Source: an uncultured Treponemataceae bacterium
GTDB lineage: Bacteria > Spirochaetota > Spirochaetia > Treponematales > UBA12059
Assembly (NCBI GenBank): GCA_964630305.1
Contig: CAZVTR010000005.1
Span: 7,153-71,152, forward strand
Reading direction: 5' to 3'
Length of the DNA: 64,000 nucleotides
The stretch's first letter is position 1, and the number at the start of each line of letters is the position of its first letter. Below, piece by piece: positions 9,863-19,595 of this stretch. Below the pieces are notes generated by a model. It saw only the letters and a program-made list of their open reading frames with translations. It was not told the origin of the DNA and did not search any database. The position numbers and the translations under genes were made by a program.

Positions 9863-10057
9863 GTTGTCAGTATATAAAAAAAATATGTCCGTGTCAGGTA
9901 ACAGTTTTTATAATCTAGAGTGCGTTAGATGTACGGGCGCTGTGGCATGGGCAAACAACCTTGCTTGAATTTTTTATAGGTATACTGCACAATATGGCCA
10001 ATGTATCTTAGCAATATATTAATATATGCTTAATACTATTTTAATGTAGAGGTTACC

Positions 10058-11713
10058 ATGAGTATTCTGACTACAATAGCTACGATGATTGGCTCATTAG
10101 GGTTGTTTCTGTATGGAATGTCTGTGCTTTCTGCAGGCATACAAAAAGCCGCTGGTGACACCTTAAAACGTGCATTGCGCGTTATAACCGATAACCCGGT
10201 TAAAGGTGTGCTCACAGGTACATTTATTACGACTATTATTCAATCATCGTCTGCAACAACAGTAATGGTGGTAACCTTTGTAAATGCAGGCCTTTTGACA
10301 GTATATCAAGCTGCGGGAGTTATATTCGGTGCCAATATCGGTACTACCATAACAGCATGGATTGTGTCGCTCATAGGATTTAAGTTTAAGATTTCAGCAC
10401 TTGCTCTGCCCATGATTGGAGCAGGCTTTCTGGCAATGTTGTTTACGAAAACTAAAAATAGGGCAAGAGATTATGCCGAAGCCGCAATTGGATTTGGCCT
10501 TTTATTTTTAGGACTTGAATATCTAACACATGCGCTGCCAAGACCGGAAGGCAGTGTGCTGTCGTTTTTAGGTACCATATCAAATCATGGCATTATTACA
10601 ACATTGTTTGCAGTATTTATTGGAATGGTCTTTACAATAATTCTGCATTCATCGAGTGCAACTACTGCAATTGTTATTACGCTTGTTGTGCAAAATGTTA
10701 TTAATTTTGAATTTGCAGCAGGCCTTGTGTTAGGCTGTAACATTGGTACTACTATTGATGCTCTATTAGCTTCTATTGGAGCAACGGTAAATGCAAAACG
10801 CGCTGCTCTCATTCATACACTCTTTAATGTTTTTGGAACGATAATTGTTGTATTCATTATAAAACCGTTCATGCAGCTTGTACTTTTAGTTACGGGCGGA
10901 TCTGCTGTAGCTCAGCAGGTTGCTATGTTCCATACGCTGTTTAACGTATTTACAACTTTGCTTATATTGCCGTTTACAAAGCAATTTTGTAATCTTGTTT
11001 CCTATCTAATTAAGGATAAAGAAGCACAGCTTAAACCCGCGCACACTGAACTGACCTATATATCGCTTCCTTTTATGAACAGCCCGGAACTCAACTTAAT
11101 GCGGGCACAAAAAGAAATTGCAGATATGTCTCAGCTTGCGCTCAATATGTTTATCCAGTTCCGTCACTATATTGAAGGAGCAGAAACAGATTTTAATGAG
11201 CTAAAGACACAGTTTTCCCGCTTGGAAAACTATGCCGATGAGATGCGGGAAGAACTTACTCGATTTTTACTGCAGTGTGCTCAGCAGGAATTATCACCCA
11301 GCAGCAGCCAAAATATCAGTGTGTTCTTGCGAATGGTTGTAGAACTTGAGGATATTACCGACGATTGCTATCGCTTGCTCATGCTCGTAGAGAAAGCTCA
11401 AAAAAGGGATATGCGTATTGATAAAAATGATTTCAATGCGCTGCTTCCTTATGTAACACTAGTTAATGAGTTTTTAGTGTTTGTTTCTAACAACATCAAT
11501 GATCGTATTTCCGAAGAACAATTCAATTTTGCAAATTCATATGAAGATAAGATTGATGAGTTCAAATCGGTTCTTAAAAAGGAAACCCGCAAGAAAATTC
11601 AGACAGGCGCAGATGTAAAGTACGAACTTTTGATGCTCGATATGATTCGGCACATTGAAAAAATAGGGGATCACGCTTTTAATGTAGCACAAAATCTGAG
11701 AGAGCTGCAATAA
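10058..11713 (+). CDS. Na+/phosphate cotransporter family protein (NptA-like with PhoU-like C-terminal domain)
   Basis: Duplicated membrane repeats (QSSSATTVM... / HSSSATTAI..., GANIGTT / GCNIGTT) are followed by a helical C-terminal region ending in IEKIGDHAFNVAQNL, which is PhoU-like. Confidence 0.85.
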   Translation: MSILTTIATMIGSLGLFLYGMSVLSAGIQKAAGDTLKRALRVITDNPVKGVLTGTFITTIIQSSSATTVMVVTFVNAGLLTVYQAAGVIFGANIGTTITAWIVSLIGFKFKISALALPMIGAGFLAMLFTKTKNRARDYAEAAIGFGLLFLGLEYLTHALPRPEGSVLSFLGTISNHGIITTLFAVFIGMVFTIILHSSSATTAIVITLVVQNVINFEFAAGLVLGCNIGTTIDALLASIGATVNAKRAALIHTLFNVFGTIIVVFIIKPFMQLVLLVTGGSAVAQQVAMFHTLFNVFTTLLILPFTKQFCNLVSYLIKDKEAQLKPAHTELTYISLPFMNSPELNLMRAQKEIADMSQLALNMFIQFRHYIEGAETDFNELKTQFSRLENYADEMREELTRFLLQCAQQELSPSSSQNISVFLRMVVELEDITDDCYRLLMLVEKAQKRDMRIDKNDFNALLPYVTLVNEFLVFVSNNINDRISEEQFNFANSYEDKIDEFKSVLKKETRKKIQTGADVKYELLMLDMIRHIEKIGDHAFNVAQNLRELQ

Positions 11714-11815
11714 AGCTTATTGAGCTATATTTTTGCTAGGCGTTTTGTTTGCACGGGAGCGTCGCAGATGCAGATTAGCAGTTTACTATAGGTAGTGCCA
11801 ATCTGCTTTATAGCT

Positions 11816-13087
11816 TTAAAAAGGAAGCGTGGGCTGCTCAGGTTCAGGTGTTCCAACAGATTTTTGCAGTTTTTTCACGATTTGTTCACGGTTATCAAGC
11901 AGGGAAGAAACACTGCGGTTGTCGTGGACACTGGAGATAATCTGAGCAAAGAGACTTGTAATATCAGCTTCGATATACCATGGTTTTTCAAGAAGTTTGC
12001 CATGATGAATTGAGTTCGTGCCAATAATTTTATAAAAGTAGCCTTCCTGATAGGCTTTGTCAAAATCTTCGATTGCGGTAGACGAAAAGAGCGGCAGCGA
12101 TACTGCACAGATAATTTTTGCAACACCTAGCTCGCGTAAATATTTCATTGCCTTAAGAATTGTTCCGCCGGTTCCGAGCATGTCATCGGCCATGAATACA
12201 GTTTTCCCCCGAACATCTCCCAGGAGCTTCATTTCAGTTATATTAGATTCACTTGCACTTTTCCCAACCCGTGAATAATCACGCTCTTTGTAAAGCAGCG
12301 CGAGCGGTTTCTGGAGTGTGCTTGCATAAAACTTATTGCGGTCTACAGCTCCAGTGTCTGGCGCAACTACGACAATGTCTTCGTGTTTTAAGTCAACGAT
12401 ACTGTTAAGCGTTTCGATTATCTGGAAAGAAGCATGCAGGTTTTCGAGCCTGAGCTTGTTAAAGCAGTTTTCAATTTCGCGGCTATGAATATCAAGGGTG
12501 ATGATTCGTGCAACACCAAAGAATTCTACAATTTGTCCAAAACGGGCTGCGGTAAGACCTTCTCTTCCTTTCTTTTTGTGCTGGCGCGAGTAAGGATATG
12601 TTGGAAGCACCAGACTTATTCTTCCTGCACCAGATTGCATAGCTGCATCGATTGCAGTAAAAAGGCAAAATATATGATCGTTAATGCTGAGTTTTTGCAT
12701 GTCCTTTCCGTCATTAAAACGGACAGGCTGATGGTTTTCTATATCTTGAAAAATATAAATATCTTTGCCGCGGATGGAATCGAGAATTTCTGTTTTAATT
12801 TCTCCATTGGCAAAATATGAAAAGCGGGCATGAACTTTTAGGTTAGGAGCCTTATATTTATGTATATTCTGTGAAACATACAACTGCCTGGCTTCAAGAT
12901 CATTATGGAGATTGAGCGTTTCAAATGCCTTTTCGCGAGTCATGTTATACCGATCGATGAGCATTTGTACTTTTTTATTAAACCGTTTTCGGTAAATACC
13001 ATTGAGCCGGTTTAACACAAGATCGGCAAAATGTTCTCCGCCGGGACAAGCAATAATGCCAAGTGCTGATGGATCTGAGTAATTCAT
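11816..13087 (-). CDS. prs: ribose-phosphate pyrophosphokinase (long form, 423 aa)
   Basis: PYSRQHKK (the PRPP synthetase ribose-5-P/flexible-loop region), VVAPDTGAV, and the PRPP-binding loop VFMADDMLGTGGT. An N-terminal insertion accounts for the extra length. Confidence 0.85.
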   Translation of the reverse strand: MNYSDPSALGIIACPGGEHFADLVLNRLNGIYRKRFNKKVQMLIDRYNMTREKAFETLNLHNDLEARQLYVSQNIHKYKAPNLKVHARFSYFANGEIKTEILDSIRGKDIYIFQDIENHQPVRFNDGKDMQKLSINDHIFCLFTAIDAAMQSGAGRISLVLPTYPYSRQHKKKGREGLTAARFGQIVEFFGVARIITLDIHSREIENCFNKLRLENLHASFQIIETLNSIVDLKHEDIVVVAPDTGAVDRNKFYASTLQKPLALLYKERDYSRVGKSASESNITEMKLLGDVRGKTVFMADDMLGTGGTILKAMKYLRELGVAKIICAVSLPLFSSTAIEDFDKAYQEGYFYKIIGTNSIHHGKLLEKPWYIEADITSLFAQIISSVHDNRSVSSLLDNREQIVKKLQKSVGTPEPEQPTLPF

Positions 13088-13324
13088 ATAATACCTTATC
13101 TGGAAGAAAATATATCAGTATACTAATGGGTAATATAAAACATTTCAAGGTGGTGCTAATAAGTTTTAAATTATGAAATATCTTAAAATTAGAGCAATAA
13201 ATATGTATTATAAAGCTCTACAAAGAAATACATGATTCTCTGATGGAAAAAATAGCTTTTATATATTCAATGTTTTGCAGTTTTCATGTATAATTATGCA
13301 TGAGTATGGAGGATAACATTCCAG

Positions 13325-14752
13325 ATGGAAAAATATGATGTCTGTATTATTGGAGCAGGAGTATGCGGGGCAAACATTGCACGAAAACTCTCTGCGTATG
13401 AAGTGAGTGTTGCTGTTCTGGAAAAAGAAGCCGATGTATCGTTTGGTGTTTCCAAGGCAAACTCAGGAATCGTTCATGGAGGCTTTCATCATAACAAAAA
13501 ATATTTGAAAGCCAGATTGGAAATTCAAGGCGCACTCATGTTTGACAGGCTCAAACAGGAACTAGATTTCCCGTTTAAGCGCTGCGGTATTGTTGTTGCT
13601 GCGATGCACGAAGATGAAATGCGTGCAATAGAACAGCTCTACCTGCAAGGTATTGAAAATAATGTCATTGGTATTGAGATGTGTTCTAAAGAACGCATAC
13701 TCGAGCTAGAACCAAAACTCAATCCAGATGTGCTCGGCGGTTTGTGGGTACCCGGAGGCGGTATTGTCGAACCGTATCGATTTGTATTTTCACTCATTGA
13801 GAATGCGCAGAAAAATGGTGTGGTGATAAAAACTAACTATCAGGTAATTAAGAGTGAACGCAAAGGTGATGAGTGGATACTGCATTCCCGTGATGGCAGG
13901 ATGGTTGCTGCAAAGTATGTCGTAAATGCTGCTGGTCTCTATGCAGATGAAGTTTCCAGCCTTATGGGTGCTGAACAGTTTTCTATAAAGCCACGAAAAG
14001 GTGAGTATTATCTTTTAGATAGATTGGCAAAGTGCCGCCCGACACGAGTAATATTCCCGGTCCCGACAAGTGTTTCAAAAGGTATGCTGGTTATTCCCAC
14101 TGTAGAAGGCACGGTACTCATTGGTCCCACTGCTGACAGCGTTGAAGACAAACGAGATTTAGGAACCACCCGTGAAAATCTCGAAAAAATATTGAGCTCT
14201 GCTAAGCTCATGGTACCTTCAGTATCAGAAGCCGATGTAATTACCAGCTTTGCAGGACTCCGGCCTGTACATGATGAAGATTTTTATATTGATATCAGCA
14301 GCAAGGTTCCGGCTTTTATACAGGTCGCTGGCATTCAATCACCCGGATTAACTGCCAGCCCGGCAATTGGAGAATATGTAAAAGAACTCTTAAAAAAAGC
14401 AGGGCTTAAACTGGTAGAAAAAGTTGATTTCGATCCCTTTATCGAAAAAAGGCCTCATGTTAAAGATTTGAGTGTCTTTGAAACCGATGAACTGGTACAA
14501 AAAGATGCAGCATACGCAAACATGATCTGCCGGTGCGAAAAAGTCTCAGAAGCGGAAATTGTAGCTGCAATTCGTGCGGGGCACACAACACTTGATGGCA
14601 TAAAGTATTTTACCCGTGCACAAATGGGACGCTGTCAGGGCGGTTTTTGCACCTATAAAATTATTAAAATTATTATGCGTGAAACAGGTATGAGCTGGGA
14701 TGAAATCACAAAAAATAGTGCAGAGAGTGCAATATTGAGGGATACACTATGA
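13325..14752 (+). CDS. FAD-dependent oxidoreductase, GlpA/LhgO-like, with C-terminal BFD-like [2Fe-2S] domain
   Basis: Dinucleotide fold YDVCIIGAGVCGANIA. C-terminal ICRCEKVSEAEIVAAI...GRCQGGFC. First gene of a conserved three-gene set. Confidence 0.85.
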   Translation: MEKYDVCIIGAGVCGANIARKLSAYEVSVAVLEKEADVSFGVSKANSGIVHGGFHHNKKYLKARLEIQGALMFDRLKQELDFPFKRCGIVVAAMHEDEMRAIEQLYLQGIENNVIGIEMCSKERILELEPKLNPDVLGGLWVPGGGIVEPYRFVFSLIENAQKNGVVIKTNYQVIKSERKGDEWILHSRDGRMVAAKYVVNAAGLYADEVSSLMGAEQFSIKPRKGEYYLLDRLAKCRPTRVIFPVPTSVSKGMLVIPTVEGTVLIGPTADSVEDKRDLGTTRENLEKILSSAKLMVPSVSEADVITSFAGLRPVHDEDFYIDISSKVPAFIQVAGIQSPGLTASPAIGEYVKELLKKAGLKLVEKVDFDPFIEKRPHVKDLSVFETDELVQKDAAYANMICRCEKVSEAEIVAAIRAGHTTLDGIKYFTRAQMGRCQGGFCTYKIIKIIMRETGMSWDEITKNSAESAILRDTL

Positions 14753-16005
14753 AAGAATTACAGTATGAAGGTGTAGTAATAGGCGGCGGTGCCGCTGGAA
14801 TGGCTGCGGCACTGGAACTCATAAAAAATGGGATATCCTGTGCCATCATTGAACGAGAGCCGCATCTTGGCGGAATTTTAACACAATGCATTCACAATGG
14901 CTTTGGTCTCATCGAATTCAATGAAGAACTTTCAGGACCGGAATTTGCAGAAAAATTTGAAGAACAGGTAACAGCGCAAAATATTACCTATTTTCTTTCC
15001 ACAACGGTAATGGAAATTCAGAATGCTGAGGGAAAGAAAGTGCTGTACTGCTATTCCTCGGAGTGGGGAATCCTTAAAATATCCTGTGATGTCCTTATTC
15101 TTGCAATGGGATGCCGAGAGCGCAACAGAGGCAATATCAGAATCCCGGGGGACAGACCAGCTGGAGTCTATACAGCAGGATTAGCACAGCGGCTTGTCAA
15201 CATAGAAGGCTATATCCCAGGGAAAGACATCGTGATTATTGGCTCAGGCGATATTGGTCTCATTATGGCCCGGCGTATGAGCTGGGTAGGCTGTAAGGTG
15301 CATGCTGTTGTAGAAATCCTTCCCTATCCGTCGGGCATAACGCGCAATATCGTGCAGTGCCTCCATGATTTTAACATCCCGCTGTATCTTTCGCACTTAA
15401 CAACACGAATTATCGGTAAAGATCGCGTAGAAGCTGTTGAGATAACACCGCTCGAAAACGGAGCGCTCATGACTGAAAAGGCGTTTACCATTCCCTGTGA
15501 TACGGTGCTGCTTTCTGTCGGTTTAGTGCCGGAGAATGAGCTTTCGAAAATGGCTGGTGTAGAACTCCATCCCATGACCAATGGTCCTGTTGTTAATTCT
15601 ATGCTCATGACTTCGGTGCCGGGTGTGTTTGCGTGCGGCAATGTACTCCATGTTCATGACCTTGTGGACTACGTTGTGGAAGAGAGCAGACGCGCAGGCG
15701 CAAATGCTGCTCAATGGATTAAAGGAAAAAAGCCAAGCCATGAAGTGAGAGTAAAGGCTGGCCCAAATATTCGCTATACAGCGCCAATGAAAGTAGATGC
15801 CATGGCTAACAATAAATTGTACATGCGGCCGCTCATTGTAAAGAACAGTGCTGTGCTGGAAGTAAGGGTAAATAACCAGGTAGTGAAAACAGTAAAAAAG
15901 AATCATGTTCAGCCTTCTGAAATGATTATGCTGGATTTAACACCAGCAGACCTCGAAGCAGTGTTGCATGCTCCGGATCCAGTTGTTGAGATTGCTTTGC
16001 AGTAA
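14749..16005 (+). CDS. NAD(P)/FAD-dependent pyridine nucleotide-disulfide oxidoreductase
   Basis: VVIGGGAAGMAAA and a second Rossmann motif, VIIGSGDIGLIMA. Its ATGA start overlaps the upstream stop codon. Confidence 0.85.
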   Translation: MKELQYEGVVIGGGAAGMAAALELIKNGISCAIIEREPHLGGILTQCIHNGFGLIEFNEELSGPEFAEKFEEQVTAQNITYFLSTTVMEIQNAEGKKVLYCYSSEWGILKISCDVLILAMGCRERNRGNIRIPGDRPAGVYTAGLAQRLVNIEGYIPGKDIVIIGSGDIGLIMARRMSWVGCKVHAVVEILPYPSGITRNIVQCLHDFNIPLYLSHLTTRIIGKDRVEAVEITPLENGALMTEKAFTIPCDTVLLSVGLVPENELSKMAGVELHPMTNGPVVNSMLMTSVPGVFACGNVLHVHDLVDYVVEESRRAGANAAQWIKGKKPSHEVRVKAGPNIRYTAPMKVDAMANNKLYMRPLIVKNSAVLEVRVNNQVVKTVKKNHVQPSEMIMLDLTPADLEAVLHAPDPVVEIALQ

Positions 16006-16017
16006 GGAGAAAACATT

Positions 16018-16404
16018 ATGGAATTAATTTGCATTACCTGTCCAATTGGCTGTCATCTTACTGTGGAAAAACTTGCTGATAACAAGTTATCTGTGAGCGG
16101 CAATCGGTGCCCGCGCGGTGAAAAATATGCGTATGAAGAGCTTTTAGAGCCTAAACGAGTTGTTTGTACGACGGTGCGAATCGCAAAAGCCGATGTTGAT
16201 CCCTCGCTTGCAGGCATTGCGCGGCTTCCTGTCCGCACCGATAAGGCTTTCCCCAAAGAACGCATTCAGGATTTGCTAAATCAGCTGCATAGCATGGAAG
16301 TAAAGCTTCCTGTTAAACGCGGCACAGTTGTTGTGCAGAATGCAATGGGAACAGGTATCAATGTAATAGCGACGCGCACGATACATAAAAAACAGCAGGC
16401 GTAG
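16018..16404 (+). CDS. DUF1667 domain protein (small Cys-rich subunit of the oxidoreductase trio)
   Basis: 128 aa. MELICITCPIGCHL...GNRCPRG cysteine motif. AAGGAG lies 8 nt upstream. Its position after the two flavoproteins is typical. Confidence 0.8.
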   Translation: MELICITCPIGCHLTVEKLADNKLSVSGNRCPRGEKYAYEELLEPKRVVCTTVRIAKADVDPSLAGIARLPVRTDKAFPKERIQDLLNQLHSMEVKLPVKRGTVVVQNAMGTGINVIATRTIHKKQQA

Positions 16405-16463
16405 AACCTTAAATGGTTTTGTGAGAGAAATCTAAGCTGTTTTGATAGTATACTAATAGAATA

Positions 16464-16503
16464 AATAACAAGGGCTGCCGCAATCTGGGCAGCCCTTGTT
16501 ATT
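16464..16503. terminator. bidirectional intrinsic terminator hairpin
   Basis: Perfect 16-bp inverted repeat AATAACAAGGGCTGCC / GGCAGCCCTTGTTATT around an 8-nt loop. It lies between a convergent gene pair (16018..16404 + and hsp20 -). Confidence 0.8.
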
Positions 16504-16532
16504 GGGTTACAAACTATTAACTTTGAGTGTGT

Positions 16533-17066
16533 TTACTGGAATGAAGGATTATCGTTGTCTTCCTCGCGGATGATGCAAATCTTAATGCCTTCTTGTTGCT
16601 CCGGCTGTTCTTTGGGCGGTACAGTGACGCGGAGTATACCATTTTTAAACACAGCTTTTACTGCTTGCTGATCAAACTTGTCAGTAGGGACATAGTATTT
16701 TTGTTTTTCGATGTCTTTAAGTTTGAGACGGCGTTTGAAATAGCGGATATCCTGGTTTTCTGCGGCGGTAGGTGCAATTCGTGCAGAAAAATTCATATAG
16801 TCGCCAGTAAAACTAAGATCGATATCCTTTTCATCAAAGCCAGCAAGCGCAAACTCAAAAACCAATTCGCGGTTTGCAGTGAGATATATGTTCATTGGCG
16901 GGTATGAATAGCTTGGATACCAATCGATGTTCTCATGGTCTTCATTCCATGAGAAAAATGGGTTTCCCTGTCCAAATGTCTGTTGTGCCTGCTCAGAAAA
17001 GTTCTTTGCAGCCTCGAAAATTTCGTCCAGCATGGACCCAATGTCAAAATACATCCTGTTTTTCAT
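16533..17066 (-). CDS. Hsp20/alpha-crystallin family small heat-shock protein
   Basis: Alpha-crystallin core: PMNIYLTANRELVFEFALAGFDEKDIDL...AVFKNGILRVTVP. The ATG at 17066 is preceded by AGGAGG; the track ORF extends spuriously to 17144. Confidence 0.88.
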   Translation of the reverse strand: MKNRMYFDIGSMLDEIFEAAKNFSEQAQQTFGQGNPFFSWNEDHENIDWYPSYSYPPMNIYLTANRELVFEFALAGFDEKDIDLSFTGDYMNFSARIAPTAAENQDIRYFKRRLKLKDIEKQKYYVPTDKFDQQAVKAVFKNGILRVTVPPKEQPEQQEGIKICIIREEDNDNPSFQ

Positions 17067-17148
17067 GATGATCCTCCTTATAGGCATCATAAATGTGCCC
17101 CCCACTACTGGCAGGGCAGTACAGCTTTGCTGTACTAGTACCAATATA

Positions 17149-17667
17149 CTATAAATCTATTTGTGTGGCAATTTTTTGCGCAAGATCCTTGAGCCCAAGC
17201 GTTTCATAGGTGTCTCGCAAGTTAATGAGCGCATCCTGATATGCAGGATTATAGGCTACTGCTTGCTCAAAAAAGTGTCTGGCTTCCTTGTAATTACCTT
17301 GAACAAAATTGAGCACCCCAAAATTGTTGAGCGCTTCTGGAAAAGCCGGGTTTACTAATAACGATTGACTGTAACACTGCTCAGCCTGTTCATAGTTCTG
17401 GAGATTGTACCAGGCAAGACCCATATTGTTATAGAGCTCTGCGGTTCGCTCTCCAAGCGATTCCGCTTTTGTAAAAGCGTTCAGTGCTGCTTCTGGCTTA
17501 TTTGTTGCAAGGTATTCGATGCCAAGATTGTACCAGAGCACACCAGCTTCAGGTTCGAGCTTGCAAGCTTCTTTGAGCAGCGTTTCAGCTTTCTCATGGT
17601 TACCATGAACGGAAGCCGTTAGTGCTTGCAGTGAATATTCTTCTGCTCGTTTAGCCCTGGATGACAT
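17149..17667 (-). CDS. tetratricopeptide (TPR) repeat protein
   Basis: Repeated W/Y-N-L-G...A...F..A motifs (WYNLGIEY, YNNMGLAWY, LNNFGVLNF, AYQDALINL). The ATG at 17667 has GGGAG 9 nt upstream and overlaps the upstream gene by 17 nt. Confidence 0.8.
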   Translation of the reverse strand: MSSRAKRAEEYSLQALTASVHGNHEKAETLLKEACKLEPEAGVLWYNLGIEYLATNKPEAALNAFTKAESLGERTAELYNNMGLAWYNLQNYEQAEQCYSQSLLVNPAFPEALNNFGVLNFVQGNYKEARHFFEQAVAYNPAYQDALINLRDTYETLGLKDLAQKIATQIDL

Positions 17668-18196
17668 TGGGGTTAACTCCCAGTGCAGGCATGAGGAAAA
17701 TACCTGCAAGGATAATGAGAGCAACCGGCAGCACGATGAGCAGTAATAAATCTAAAATGAGCTTGCCGCTCTTTATAGTGCTTATGCCATTTCCGAGGAG
17801 CACAATGAGCATTGCTGCAGCGCAGTTTACTGGATCAAATGAGAAAAAATTCACAGTGTGTGTAAGATTATAGAGCCACTGCATAAATCCTATGGTGGTA
17901 AAGCTCATAGAAAACAGCAAAAAGCTCATAATGTAGCTAATGAAAACAGGGGTCAGCCTGACATCGGAACCAAAGAAAATGCGGAGGAAATGAAGCGCAT
18001 AGAAGTATACAAGAATCATGGTTGTACTTCCCCATGTTCCGAGTTTTTCTGTTAAAAAGGTGAGCGGTGCTGTAATCCCGAACATTGAGAGTATGGGTGG
18101 TATGAGCAGTAAATAAGCAATGAGGCCAATAATATCAAACAGTTTCATGCGCAATGAAGGTTTTGGGTTTTCTTTTTCTTTAGCATTGTCAGCCAT
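17651..18196 (-). CDS. integral membrane protein, unknown function
   Basis: 181 aa with about five hydrophobic spans. AAAGGAG lies 6 nt upstream of the ATG. Confidence 0.65.
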   Translation of the reverse strand: MADNAKEKENPKPSLRMKLFDIIGLIAYLLLIPPILSMFGITAPLTFLTEKLGTWGSTTMILVYFYALHFLRIFFGSDVRLTPVFISYIMSFLLFSMSFTTIGFMQWLYNLTHTVNFFSFDPVNCAAAMLIVLLGNGISTIKSGKLILDLLLLIVLPVALIILAGIFLMPALGVNPNVIQG

Positions 18197-18208
18197 GGGG
18201 AACTCCTT

Positions 18209-18991
18209 TTAGTTTTGTGATGCTTTTACGGCTTGCAGTATAACATCGGGTTTGTTAGTAATAATACCTGTGCAGCCTCGTGCAATCAAGCTCTGTGCTG
18301 TTTCAGGATCATCGACGGTCCAGGGAACAACCGGATAACCGCCTAACAAAGAATCAAGGAAATGAGTTACCGGAGAAACATTGACATGTTCTGGTTTTAG
18401 GTAATCACAATGAGCTATGTATCTGCCTGAGCCTGATCGTAAGTACCAAGGCAGTTCTTTGCTTTTGCAATAAATAACAGCTGTTGCATATTCCGGCGCA
18501 AAAGCTTTAAACCGTTTGAGCGCAATTGGATTAAAAGAAGAGACAGCTGCGTGCTCTGGAGTGATTTTCATATTAGCAAGCAGTTCTGCAAGAGCTTGTT
18601 CCGCGCCCTTGTTTTCTGTTGTGCGGGCTTTAATCTCAATATCGTAATACAGAGAAGATCCAAACTCTTCAAAGAGTTCAGCAAGCAGTAGTGGCCGCTC
18701 CTGTGAAAATTGACTACCTTTCCATGAGCCAATATCGAGTGTCTTTAGCACACTCCAGGGAGTATCAATGATAGAGTAGTCAGTGCCGGGACAAAGACGC
18801 TTTGTTGTATCATCATGAAATACAACAAGCTCTCCCGATGCGCACCGGTGAATATCAAGTTCGATACCTGGCGCACCGAGTTCTTGCGCTCGTTTGAACG
18901 AAGCCATGGTGTTTTCAGGAGCATACGCAGAGGCGCCGCGGTGCGCGAACACTAAAGGACGATCCTGTCCAGGCAGCAAAGGATTTTTCAT
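18209..18991 (-). CDS. glpQ: glycerophosphodiester phosphodiesterase
   Basis: VFAHRGASAYAPENT, GIELDIHRCASGELVVFHDDT and DIEIK are the GDPD catalytic motifs. Confidence 0.88.
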   Translation of the reverse strand: MKNPLLPGQDRPLVFAHRGASAYAPENTMASFKRAQELGAPGIELDIHRCASGELVVFHDDTTKRLCPGTDYSIIDTPWSVLKTLDIGSWKGSQFSQERPLLLAELFEEFGSSLYYDIEIKARTTENKGAEQALAELLANMKITPEHAAVSSFNPIALKRFKAFAPEYATAVIYCKSKELPWYLRSGSGRYIAHCDYLKPEHVNVSPVTHFLDSLLGGYPVVPWTVDDPETAQSLIARGCTGIITNKPDVILQAVKASQN

Positions 18992-19000
18992 GAGAGCCTC

Positions 19001-19468
19001 TTATTCACTATCTTGATTGGAAAGCTTTTCTTTGAGCTTCTTGAGTTCTTCATCAGCATTCATTGTATTGATAGAGCTGTTAAGTTCTTTTTCTTTGAGG
19101 ATATCCTCTGCGGATTTTCCAAGCGTCATTTCCATTTCTGCTAAGAGGAGATCGGGATCCACAGATCGTTCACGTGCTTTGAGGAGCGGGAGCTGCTGTT
19201 TCATGGTATCAATTTTTAGCGCTAAGTCAGCTACTTCTTGCTCAAGCTTTGTTTGCTTAGCTGTAAGTTCCTGCAGTTTGCCTTGGACAGCCTCGACAAG
19301 ATCCGCCCTGCCCTGATTTTGCGCGAGCTGTTGCTTTTGCAGCCATGCAGCGATTTCCGATTTAACAGATTCTAATTCCTTTTCTGCAAGTTTTTTACTG
19401 GTCGCATATTCTAAAATGTATGCATGAGCATCTTCTGGCGTAAGTCCCTGTAGATTGGTTTCTTCCAT
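19001..19468 (-). CDS. coiled-coil hypothetical protein
   Basis: 155 aa, E/K/Q/L-rich with heptad-like stretches. It shares an operon-like arrangement with glpQ (9-nt gap). Confidence 0.55.
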   Translation of the reverse strand: MEETNLQGLTPEDAHAYILEYATSKKLAEKELESVKSEIAAWLQKQQLAQNQGRADLVEAVQGKLQELTAKQTKLEQEVADLALKIDTMKQQLPLLKARERSVDPDLLLAEMEMTLGKSAEDILKEKELNSSINTMNADEELKKLKEKLSNQDSE

Positions 19469-19517
19469 AGTGGCTGTCCCTTTAGATTATAGATTGAGTA
19501 TTTAAAGTATACAATAC

Positions 19518-19548
19518 AACAAGGCTCTCCGCAACGGAGAGCCTTGTT
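19518..19548 (-). terminator. intrinsic terminator hairpin
   Basis: AACAAGGCTCTCCG-CAA-CGGAGAGCCTTGTT is a 14-bp perfect stem. It lies 48 nt downstream of the stop of the 19596..20915 gene. Confidence 0.7.
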
Positions 19549-19595
19549 TAGTATTTTATCTTATATGTTTTGCTTGTATGAGCTTCCTTGACAGG

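Noticed and set aside
9943-9965. Sigma-54-like TGGCATGGGCAAACAACCTTGCT upstream of the Na/Pi cotransporter gene
   Set aside because: The GG-to-GC distance is 7 nt too long for a -24/-12 promoter, and using the internal GGG is still off by one. Sigma-54 promoters do not tolerate spacing changes.
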